Made by a program: the position numbers and the translations under genes | Part shown: positions 1 through 7,936 of the stretch, piece after piece | Position numbering within the stretch: position 1 is the stretch's first letter | Layout: the number at the start of each line of letters is the position of its first letter | The notes under the pieces: generated by a model | Database searches by the model: none | The model's input: the letters and a program-made list of their open reading frames with translations, nothing else | What the model was told of the DNA's origin: nothing | Source of the DNA: an uncultured Nitrososphaerota archaeon | GTDB taxonomy: Archaea > Asgardarchaeota > Njordarchaeia > Njordarchaeales > Panguiarchaeaceae | Assembly (NCBI GenBank): GCA_964636085.1 | Contig: CAZWPQ010000031.1 | Span: 1-25,026 of the forward strand | DNA length: 25,026 bases | Reading direction: 5' to 3'

Positions 1-64
1 CCAACAACAGATCGACGAGCGAAATTCCGTGCTGGAATTCAAAATAAAAATAATCAAACAGTAA
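1..64 (+). CDS. possible 3' end of a gene entering from the left edge (..QQQIDERNSVLEFKIKIIKQ*)
   Basis: Frame 2 is open from the edge to TAA at 62-64 and converges on the nitroreductase. Too short to identify. Confidence 0.3.
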   Translation, partial: QQQIDERNSVLEFKIKIIKQ

Positions 65-111
65 TGCGGTGCTTCTATATTTTGTGTCGTTGGATATTTT
101 CTTTCCGATGT

Positions 112-621
112 CTATGCATGTATCTTCTTTCCGTAGGTCTCTAGGTGTAGTATTTCCTCTATGTTTTTTCTCTTTCTTTTTCTCGGTTGTTCGTCTGGAT
201 ATCCAACAGCGAGTGCTCCTACAAGTATAATATCCCTTGGTATTCCGAATATTTTTTTGACCTCCTCGTTCTCATATATTCCAATCCAGCATGTACCAAG
301 ATCGTATTCTAGTGCGGCTAGGGAGATGTTATGCATAGCCATGGCGGTGTCGGACATATGGTATATGGGGCTTATCTTTGGGTTTGATAGGGCCAAAATT
401 ATCGCTGGGGAGGACATAATCCAGTCCTCTCCCTTAATTCTGGCTATGGCTCTTATTTTGTTTTTATCGGTAGTTATTATGAATTCCCAGGGTTGTCTAT
501 TTTTGCTACTTGGGGCCCAGCTAGCGGCCTCGATAAGTTTTAGCAATATCTCCATTGGGACTTCTCTGTTTTTATACTTCCTAATAGATCTCCTATTCTT
601 TATTGCAATAATCAGATCCAA
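112..621 (-). CDS. nitroreductase family flavoprotein
   Basis: Motifs RRSIRKY, APSSKNRQPWEF and LGTCWIG...VGYP. TTG start preceded by GGGG. Confidence 0.93.
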   Translation of the reverse strand: MDLIIAIKNRRSIRKYKNREVPMEILLKLIEAASWAPSSKNRQPWEFIITTDKNKIRAIARIKGEDWIMSSPAIILALSNPKISPIYHMSDTAMAMHNISLAALEYDLGTCWIGIYENEEVKKIFGIPRDIILVGALAVGYPDEQPRKRKRKNIEEILHLETYGKKIHA

Positions 622-677
622 TGTATACCCCTACATTGAAGGATTCATCTCTATGTACCAGGAAGAACTTTTGTTGG

Positions 678-685
678 TTTATATA
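678..685 (-). promoter_or_regulatory. candidate TATA box for the nitroreductase
   Basis: TATATAAA on the - strand ~57 nt upstream of the start. It also reads TTTATATA on +, so direction is uncertain. Confidence 0.3.
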
Positions 686-805
686 GCAAGGTATAATGAC
701 TACAGCTATCCTCACAGCTGGTCACGGCTTTGGTGATGAGTGTTTTGCTGGTGATACTTGTTGTTTTCTTGGTTTTTTAATGGGAGAAATATATGTTTTA
801 CATTG

Positions 806-854
806 GTGATGAAGACAGCGGAGACTGATACATGATGACGTCCGCAACATCTGA
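806..854 (+). ncRNA. C/D box methylation-guide sRNA (double guide)
   Basis: C box GTGATGA 806-812; 12-nt guide AGACAGCGGAGA; D' CTGA 825-828; TAC; C' ATGATGA 832-838; 12-nt guide CGTCCGCAACAT; D CTGA 851-854. Intergenic, with a TTTTTTAA element ~26-33 nt upstream. Confidence 0.9.
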
Positions 855-957
855 GTTTATGGTTATATTATTACTTGCTTGCTATGGAATTAGGGGCGCT
901 ATAATTATTAGTGCATAGATTTTTGCCCCAATTGCTAGGGGGCATGGTGATGGGTTA

Positions 958-1611
958 ATGGTTCGTGTGGCATGGGATGTATCCCACCAAGAGTTTACAA
1001 TAGAGGATCACTATTATTTTGGGAAGCTTAAGTCTGCACTTGATAAAAGAGGTATTGCCGTTAAGGAGATAAACCATTTAGACTATCTGGAGGAGTATGA
1101 TGTCTTGGTGATTAATTATCCCGAGATTAAGTTTAGTAGATCTGAGATAAGGGCTATAAATAAATTTATACATGGTGGAGGTAGAGTAATTATTCTCGGA
1201 TACTATAGAAATGAGGACGGTGTTGCTGATGCTGTGAATTCCTTATCTGGGAGGTATGGCCTTGAGTTAAATGCCGACTATATCTTTGATCGAGTGAACA
1301 ATTATGGGGGTGATGAACTCTTTATCGTCACAACCAAGGTAAATCACTTTAACCATGGCGTGAATAGAGTAATGATGCCTTGCACAGCATCGATAAGAAT
1401 ACTCAAGAAAAACGCATATGTTATTGTTGCGGGAGAGGATAGTGCGAAAGCTAGTTCGCTTAACAGGCCAATTATTGGTGCGGGATGTAGTATTGGTAAG
1501 GGAGAGCTCATAGTTATTGGAACATGCGTGTTCTGGGATAACTATGCGATAGATAAATATGACAACTACAAATTTGCTATGAATTTACTCGCGTATACCA
1601 GAAGGAAATAG
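958..1611 (+). CDS. GIFT-domain (GldG/IFT52/DUF4350-like) protein, class I GATase-like fold
   Basis: Pattern WDVSHQE...YDVLVINYPEIKFSRSEIRAINKFIHGGGRVIILG...GKGELIVIG..FWDN..ID..DN..FAMNLL. No signal peptide or TM segment. GGTGA SD upstream. Confidence 0.7.
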   Translation: MVRVAWDVSHQEFTIEDHYYFGKLKSALDKRGIAVKEINHLDYLEEYDVLVINYPEIKFSRSEIRAINKFIHGGGRVIILGYYRNEDGVADAVNSLSGRYGLELNADYIFDRVNNYGGDELFIVTTKVNHFNHGVNRVMMPCTASIRILKKNAYVIVAGEDSAKASSLNRPIIGAGCSIGKGELIVIGTCVFWDNYAIDKYDNYKFAMNLLAYTRRK

Positions 1612-1647
1612 CTCCAAATAGTAGCCAACAGTTACCAAGGGATTGTC

Positions 1648-2481
1648 ATGGGAATACTCATCCATGACTGTGACCCCACGTTATTTTGCTTCTATAGGGA
1701 TCCAGACGATTCTTTGGCCCTAGGTTTTGGAATAAGAACATTCACCGATGATCCCAAACTTATGGGAATCACTACGGTCTTTGGAAACGCTGGGATAGAT
1801 ACCACATTTAGAACCGCTAGACGCATCGTTAGGGTATCGCACAGGGACATACCAGTTTTAAGAGGTTCCCCCTCGCGATATGCGGGTGGAAGAATTAATG
1901 ACGCGGTAAGATTTATCATATACATGGCCAAGGAATATGGGGAGATAGAAATCTTAGCAACAGGACCACTTACAAACATAGCATCTGCGCTTATCCTATA
2001 CCCAGAATTACAAGACTGCGTTAGGAGGATATTAATAATGGGAGGATCATTGTACAGAAGAGGAAATATTATTCTGGTTAATGCGGAATTCAATTTCTGG
2101 GCAGATCCACGCGCAGCTAAAGTCGTAGTGAATACATTTAAGAACGTAGTAATTTTTCCATTAGATATAACAATGTCAGTAAGGTGGGGGAGAGATATCC
2201 CATATAGACTCATCCACAAAAATGACAGACTTGCAAAGTACATAGGATATGGTTTAAGGCCATGGGCAATCGCTTGGGGGATCTTAGGAGGCTTCAACCC
2301 TCACGATACAATAGCGGCAGTCTACCTAAGCAATCCCAATATCTATAGTGGTAAATACATACGGATAAACATAACAAAGATAGGGGAGACCGTCGAGACG
2401 GCCACAGGAAAGAGAGTCTATGTGGTTCTTAATGTCGGTAAAAAGAAACTGAAGAATACATTTTTTGGGGCTTTTTCATGA
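1648..2481 (+). CDS. inosine/uridine-preferring nucleoside hydrolase family protein
   Basis: Motifs DCD...DD, GITTVFGN, ATGPLTNIA, MGG, AEFNFWADP, PLD and HD. Confidence 0.9.
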   Translation: MGILIHDCDPTLFCFYRDPDDSLALGFGIRTFTDDPKLMGITTVFGNAGIDTTFRTARRIVRVSHRDIPVLRGSPSRYAGGRINDAVRFIIYMAKEYGEIEILATGPLTNIASALILYPELQDCVRRILIMGGSLYRRGNIILVNAEFNFWADPRAAKVVVNTFKNVVIFPLDITMSVRWGRDIPYRLIHKNDRLAKYIGYGLRPWAIAWGILGGFNPHDTIAAVYLSNPNIYSGKYIRINITKIGETVETATGKRVYVVLNVGKKKLKNTFFGAFS

Positions 2482-2537
2482 CTTACTTCAATTGGTAATG
2501 AAGATTGTTTACCACAAGCATTTGGAGACCACTAACG

Positions 2538-2984
2538 TTATTTTAAGATAACCCTCATAAATAGGTAGACTATAGCGAGTATGGTATAGGCAACAATAAA
2601 TGTTTTTATTTCCTCCCATTGCGCCAGACCTCTAGGCCAATATGTGTCCTTTATTGGCCATAGAAATCTTGGGCCCTTTTTAGAATGTGTTATTATATCC
2701 GTGATTATGTGAAGGGTGCCAGCAAGCAACATTCTAAATAATGGCCCGTTTTTAGTTATTGGGGCCGTAATCAATAACAATAGGGGGATGATTAAGATTG
2801 AGTGGAACCTTTCACCCCATGCGAATATTTTGGAGTTTCTGGCCTTATCCCTATCTAGGCCATAAACCGCACCAGCAATAAAGTATAGTGTATCAGGAAG
2901 TACAGATCCTATCAATACATCCCAGTAAAATCCGATAAATATGACACCCACAAGTACATGAAACACAATATCCAAGACTCGCAC
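2538..2984 (-). CDS. membrane-bound metal-dependent hydrolase (YdjM/DUF457-like)
   Basis: N-terminal H, GSVLPD, FHS, LHIITD and G...LWP motifs within hydrophobic helices. The true start may be TTG at 2975, behind GAGGTG. Confidence 0.75.
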   Translation of the reverse strand: MRVLDIVFHVLVGVIFIGFYWDVLIGSVLPDTLYFIAGAVYGLDRDKARNSKIFAWGERFHSILIIPLLLLITAPITKNGPLFRMLLAGTLHIITDIITHSKKGPRFLWPIKDTYWPRGLAQWEEIKTFIVAYTILAIVYLFMRVILK

Positions 2985-3008
2985 CTCTTCACGATTCTAA
3001 AAAGATGT

Positions 3009-4121
3009 TTATAATACACTATACACCCATTGCTTCCTCTGGTATTTCTCTAATAGATCCTCTCTAATCTCTACTCCTATACCTGGCTTGGTAGGGACAT
3101 CGATTGCGCCATCCTTATTCAGTTTGTTTGGGGGATCTATAATATCTTCCATCCAGTATCTACATGACTCGGCTATATCCGATGGATAATTTATGTTCGG
3201 TAATGAGGCTATATGGAGAAGATGAACCTTTCCTACCCCTGTCTCAAGCATTCCCCCTATCCATAGCCTGATACCCACTTTGCCCGCATAATCATGAATC
3301 TTCATGGATTCTATTACCCCGCCCACTCGTGGGGGTTTTATGTTGATTATTCTACAGCTCCCTAACTTCGCGGCTATTTTTGCTGCACCTAGGGATGTTA
3401 TGCTTTCGTCAAGACATATGGGGGTTTCAAGAATACATTGCAATTCGGCGTGATCTAGTAGATCCTCATAGTGTAGGGGTTGTTCGATCATCAAGAGATT
3501 ATACTTGTCAAGCGTCTTAAATACTTCCCTATGAGCCATTGTATATGCACCGTTTGCATCCACCATCAGTGGTATACCTGGATAAACATCTCTAATTGTC
3601 CTCACAACATCTATGTCGTATCCTGGCATTATCTTGATTTTTATTCTTCTATAGCCCCGCTCTAGGTACTCTTCAATTACCTTAATAAGCTCAGACACAT
3701 CTTCTTTTATCCCTATCGAAACCCCTACACTAACCCTCCTTTTTGTCCCACCGTAGATCTCATAGAGGGGTTTACCCTGCTGTTTTCCGTACAAATCCCA
3801 GAACGCATATTCTAATGATGTTTTAGCCATTTTGTGCCCACGGATTCCCTCTAATGATTTCCTGAATTCATAGGGATCCTCGAATTCTTTCCCAAGAATC
3901 ATTCTAACGAGATATTTCCTCAGAATTATTAAAGCGGTTTCATAAGTCTCGTACGAGTAGTAGGGGTTCTCGCCCGCGGTGCATTCTCCATATCCAATCA
4001 TATCATCGGCATGAAGTTCTATTATCAATACTATTCTCTTCCTTGTCTCCCAAAGGCTTGTCCTGAACCCCTCGACAAGCTCCATCTCAAGCATACGTAT
4101 GACTATTGACTCGATCCTCAT
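3009..4121 (-). CDS. menC: N-succinylamino acid racemase / o-succinylbenzoate synthase (NSAR/OSBS), enolase superfamily
   Basis: KIK, metal ligands in DAN, EQP and DES, second Lys in NIKPPRVGG, and GGMLETG. Confidence 0.88.
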   Translation of the reverse strand: MRIESIVIRMLEMELVEGFRTSLWETRKRIVLIIELHADDMIGYGECTAGENPYYSYETYETALIILRKYLVRMILGKEFEDPYEFRKSLEGIRGHKMAKTSLEYAFWDLYGKQQGKPLYEIYGGTKRRVSVGVSIGIKEDVSELIKVIEEYLERGYRRIKIKIMPGYDIDVVRTIRDVYPGIPLMVDANGAYTMAHREVFKTLDKYNLLMIEQPLHYEDLLDHAELQCILETPICLDESITSLGAAKIAAKLGSCRIINIKPPRVGGVIESMKIHDYAGKVGIRLWIGGMLETGVGKVHLLHIASLPNINYPSDIAESCRYWMEDIIDPPNKLNKDGAIDVPTKPGIGVEIREDLLEKYQRKQWVYSVL

Positions 4122-4183
4122 CCAACATCTACCTCGCCACGAATTGTTTATTTAGATTCCCCCTAACTGCATTCATTCTTATC

Positions 4184-4206
4184 CTATAAAGACTTGTATT
4201 TTATAG
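4184..4206. promoter_or_regulatory. back-to-back TATA-like boxes of a divergent promoter (CTATAAA-N9-TTTATAG)
   Basis: Perfect 7-bp inverted repeat, each arm ~60 nt from one of the two divergent start codons (4121 and 4263). Confidence 0.5.
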
Positions 4207-4262
4207 TAAATGTAGGATATACTAATGTCATCATCAATAAGTCGTAATGCGTGGTGTTAATT

Positions 4263-6389
4263 ATGATAAAATTAATCGGAGTGATCGGCGAGGGGGGGAT
4301 CCCAGTCAATATAATTACCTATGAGGAAATAAAGGGAGAGGAGGAATTTGTTGCTAGTCTTATGGAGGCCATAAATGCCCTATCAAATGTCATTGGTACA
4401 GGGAAGATTGCTAAGCTAGATTTTATGGAGTACAAAATGATTGTCACTGACTGTAAGAAGGGATATACTATTGTAGCACTTGTCGATGCTGCGGAGGAAT
4501 TTGTTGAAAAATTATTAAGCATGATCGCCGAAGATATCGACAAGAGCGATATGCCAGAGTTTATGGGTGTTGTTGATAAAAAAATGGCAGACACAGTCGC
4601 TAAAATAATAAACAAGTATATCTCAAACATGATAAGTATAGATGTTAGTGAGCTACTTGTTCAGTTCTGGAGCCAACTTCTGGAAACAATCAAAAAGAAT
4701 AAAAAAGCTCTAAAAGTAATTATGGAGGTCGATAAATTCCTTCAAGAATCGGCTAAGAAATATGAGGCCCGATGGAAAAAATTTTCCTCGCTGATAGCTA
4801 AGGACATAAACATGGCGATTAAGTACGCACTGGAGGGAAATTTTAGCCATGCTTGCGCCGCCTCGGATGGCCTTACGGAGCCTCTAGAGATGGCATTCCA
4901 CATCAGAATGGGTTTGCTCTCACTAGAAATGTCGATGCTGCCTTCGCCACCGATATCTGAAATTGAAAAACTTGTTGGAGAATTGCCGCAAAATGATGCT
5001 TTCTATAATCTAATCATCAAGTCTTTGGAATATAAACTCCAGAGAATCTCGCTTGTCGAGTATATGGATGCTTATCGACGAGCCATAAAAGAATTTACCT
5101 TTGGCGAATCTACTGAGGACATCATCAGGGCCCTCCTTTTCCTAGATTGGCTGTTAGGATCTTTTCCCGATTTCGCAAAAAAGTTGGCTAAATACTTTAA
5201 GAAGGTATCTAGACCCATATATGTGTACATTCTGGGCCTTGTGGATAGAGCAAAAATTCTCAAAATTAAGGCCGAAACTGTTCAATTTGGGGATTTCGAA
5301 AATATATTATATAGCTTACGATCCAAGATTGATAGACTGGCAGGAAACATTAATTCCATCCTAAAACATATTGGAAAACTTGTCCGAACGGGTCAGCCCA
5401 TAGACCCTAAAAAGAATGGAGCAATATTAAAATACATGCTCGGGGTCCATTCGTATGCCTTAATACTCCTTACACTTATTCAGTCTCCACTACTGAAACT
5501 CGATGAAAAACGACTCGTTCTTGGGGAACTATTAAAAATCTATACTAAATACTTCAAAAAATTCATTAGGGAGGGCCTTCCATGGCCAATTATAACAATC
5601 GCGAATATGTTCCAAAGCATAGGTATAGGAACATCAGAAGTTTTTAGAATGCTCACAAGACGGGAGAAACTCAAGTATCTTGATAAGATTGAGAACATTC
5701 TGAATGATGCTTGGAGGATTGTCCTTGCCAACTATAGCAAGATGCGTTACTACGCAATGTTTTTAGCCACGATGACAGCCTCTATCAGCCCTATACTCTC
5801 TTCTGTAAAGAAAGTCTACATTGATGAACTAAAACTTATATATGCTATCATGAATTCATTCGATCCAGAAATTATTGGAACTTGGAAGGACATATTCCCA
5901 TATAACTATGTGGCGCTTACACTTAACCTTATAAATACGCTTGCTCCATTAGCTATCAGAATTCTTAAAGCCGATGATTATACACCACTACTCAAAAGAT
6001 GCATCTACATGACCCTAGATCTCAATCGTTGGCTTATCTATAGAGGTAAACCACTCAAAAGCCTCGCAATACTGTTGCCATATTACATATTACGCATAGC
6101 GAAGAATTTGGAGCCAAACGAACTCAAATACTTGACTGACGAAACAATCATTGTTTGGGAGCTTGTTATCCCAGACTGGGAACGATATGATAGCTCTGTG
6201 GCATTGCTGGGAGACATAGCCATAAGGTTGCTTCTACATGTTGGAAGAGCACTAAACACGGAAAAGTATGTTGAATTAGCGAGGAGGATATACTCTATCG
6301 CGACTATGGCCCTCAGGAAGTATGGATTAAATGAAAAGTATATGGAGCTCAAGTCCATATATGAAAAGTACTCTGCTAAGTACTCCTAG
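4263..6389 (+). CDS. longin-like N-terminal domain fused to a long alpha-helical (solenoid-like) region
   Basis: The first ~120 aa fit the beta-beta-alpha-beta-beta-beta-alpha-alpha longin pattern (IGVIGEGGIPV; FVASLMEAINALSNVI; KIAKLDF, YKMIV, YTIVALVD). The rest is amphipathic helices. ATG 4263 follows GTGGTG; the ORF track starts at 4251. Confidence 0.65.
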   Translation: MIKLIGVIGEGGIPVNIITYEEIKGEEEFVASLMEAINALSNVIGTGKIAKLDFMEYKMIVTDCKKGYTIVALVDAAEEFVEKLLSMIAEDIDKSDMPEFMGVVDKKMADTVAKIINKYISNMISIDVSELLVQFWSQLLETIKKNKKALKVIMEVDKFLQESAKKYEARWKKFSSLIAKDINMAIKYALEGNFSHACAASDGLTEPLEMAFHIRMGLLSLEMSMLPSPPISEIEKLVGELPQNDAFYNLIIKSLEYKLQRISLVEYMDAYRRAIKEFTFGESTEDIIRALLFLDWLLGSFPDFAKKLAKYFKKVSRPIYVYILGLVDRAKILKIKAETVQFGDFENILYSLRSKIDRLAGNINSILKHIGKLVRTGQPIDPKKNGAILKYMLGVHSYALILLTLIQSPLLKLDEKRLVLGELLKIYTKYFKKFIREGLPWPIITIANMFQSIGIGTSEVFRMLTRREKLKYLDKIENILNDAWRIVLANYSKMRYYAMFLATMTASISPILSSVKKVYIDELKLIYAIMNSFDPEIIGTWKDIFPYNYVALTLNLINTLAPLAIRILKADDYTPLLKRCIYMTLDLNRWLIYRGKPLKSLAILLPYYILRIAKNLEPNELKYLTDETIIVWELVIPDWERYDSSVALLGDIAIRLLLHVGRALNTEKYVELARRIYSIATMALRKYGLNEKYMELKSIYEKYSAKYS

Positions 6390-6604
6390 ATCTAGCCCCA
6401 CAGTTAATATTTATTTTAACTTTTTTCCATCAATAACCCAACAAAACAACGGGCTATCTATAACAAAAGCATTCTGTTTCTGGACTTCGTTGATTTTTCT
6501 CGGGATGCACCTAGCATGAGTGATTTTTAATTTTTGTTGGTCATTTCAATCCTTATTTTATACTGGAATTTGAATATAGAATAAGATGTGGAGAGGGAGA
6601 TCAT

Positions 6605-7936
6605 ATGATTCTGGAGTTATTGTTATACATGTCCTCGTTTGCGATCCTATACTTGATATTCTACATGATATCAGGGATCTTTACTTGGATGCCATACTGG
6701 CTTCCAGTGCTCTTAGCATTTCTGGTTACTACAATATCCTTTATCATATTTTTCTACACTAACATTATGAGGCCCTATAGGGTTAGATATCTTATCTATA
6801 GAAACCGTTTTATGAGGTTTATTAAACACGTAATTCATGACGCACTATACATCGTGCGAATATCAGAATTGCTCAGACTTATCGGTTACTTTGCTGCCTT
6901 TATCGCATTTATCGGATCCATTACCTACTCCATCTATATACTCTATAATCAATTTATCGTGCCGAGCCTAGGTAGTAGATTTAATCTTCACCCAATCAAT
7001 TTCTCCATGGAATCCGTATCAAGTCGACTATTCTCCTCAAGGGTCAATCCTCTCTATGCTATTGGTTTTCTCTTCGGTATGGCTCTCTCAGCATTTATGC
7101 GACCCAAGCTCGAAAAATTCATTGAAAAAGTCAGAACAAAGAAGACCGTCATCTATGTTTTTGGGAGCAATGAAATAGTCCATAGTTTTGTAGCTACCCT
7201 TTGCGGGTTTGGATTTGGGCCTTTAGTTGCACTCATTGCGGAGCGCCAGAAATCCTGGATGGATGAATATAAAGCCAAAATCGATCTATTGGTGCTAGAC
7301 GACCCCGAAATCCTGAAGGATCCTTCTGTATATAGGCGAATAGGCTTCAAAAATGCACTTAAAGTTTTGATACTAATAGACAGTAGCGAATACGCCCAAC
7401 ACATTCTCCTAAATGTCAAGCGGTGCAATCCATCTACGGAGATAATATTGTTGTCCAGAAATAAACCTCCATTGCTCGATGTCGTTGGTGAGCATCTAAA
7501 GAATGTAAGAGTTATAGATGATGTCGATATAACAAACCGTGAACTTGTGAGGCAAATTAGTTTAGGATTCATGCATGCAAATGCTGTCGAGACGCTGGTC
7601 CCTGACATATATGTAGGCAGAAAACCTGTGGATTTAGAGAATGATTTTAAGAAGAGACTTAAAGTTCTGGGCGTAAAAAGGGGTGAGGAAATCATAATGC
7701 CCGAGCACCTAGAGAGAGGAGACACATTAATCCTATATCTTGTTGATCCTAAAGCACTACAGGAATATCTACAGCTCTTACCAATCTCACCTTTTGAGGA
7801 ATTCAAGACCATTGAAACACAATACGAAACTGCAAAATCGAATAAGGACATTGAAAAATCGTCCGCTGAGAAAGAGGAGAATATACATGGACAAGAAAAT
7901 AGAGATAAGACAACCAAGGACGTCTGGGGAATTTAG
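6605..7936 (+). CDS. membrane protein with RCK (TrkA-N/TrkA-C-like) domains
   Basis: About 4 N-terminal TM helices, a Rossmann-like VIYVFGSNEI...GFKNALKVLIL...NPSTEIIL region, and TrkA-C-like VLGVKRGEEIIMP..LERGDTL. GGAGAGGGAG SD upstream. Confidence 0.7.
   Translation: MILELLLYMSSFAILYLIFYMISGIFTWMPYWLPVLLAFLVTTISFIIFFYTNIMRPYRVRYLIYRNRFMRFIKHVIHDALYIVRISELLRLIGYFAAFIAFIGSITYSIYILYNQFIVPSLGSRFNLHPINFSMESVSSRLFSSRVNPLYAIGFLFGMALSAFMRPKLEKFIEKVRTKKTVIYVFGSNEIVHSFVATLCGFGFGPLVALIAERQKSWMDEYKAKIDLLVLDDPEILKDPSVYRRIGFKNALKVLILIDSSEYAQHILLNVKRCNPSTEIILLSRNKPPLLDVVGEHLKNVRVIDDVDITNRELVRQISLGFMHANAVETLVPDIYVGRKPVDLENDFKKRLKVLGVKRGEEIIMPEHLERGDTLILYLVDPKALQEYLQLLPISPFEEFKTIETQYETAKSNKDIEKSSAEKEENIHGQENRDKTTKDVWGI

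Noticed and set aside
161-736. 191-aa + strand ORF and the other long antisense ORFs (e.g. 1692-2297, 7153-7917, 11858-12319, 17309-17989, 18424-18858, 23123-23575)
   Set aside because: Shadow ORFs opposite well-supported genes, with Ser/Ile/Phe-rich antisense composition and no motifs.
733-760. Second C-box-like GTGATGA upstream of the sRNA
   Set aside because: No CTGA D'/D boxes at suitable spacing.
6331-6519. 62-aa ORF after the longin gene
   Set aside because: It overlaps the upstream CDS, has no SD or motif, and runs through AT-rich intergenic sequence.
7740-7886. N-terminal extension of the GNAT ORF or a possible RCK-GNAT frameshift fusion
   Set aside because: A strong GAGGAG SD before ATG 7887 explains the overlap, and no slippery site is evident.
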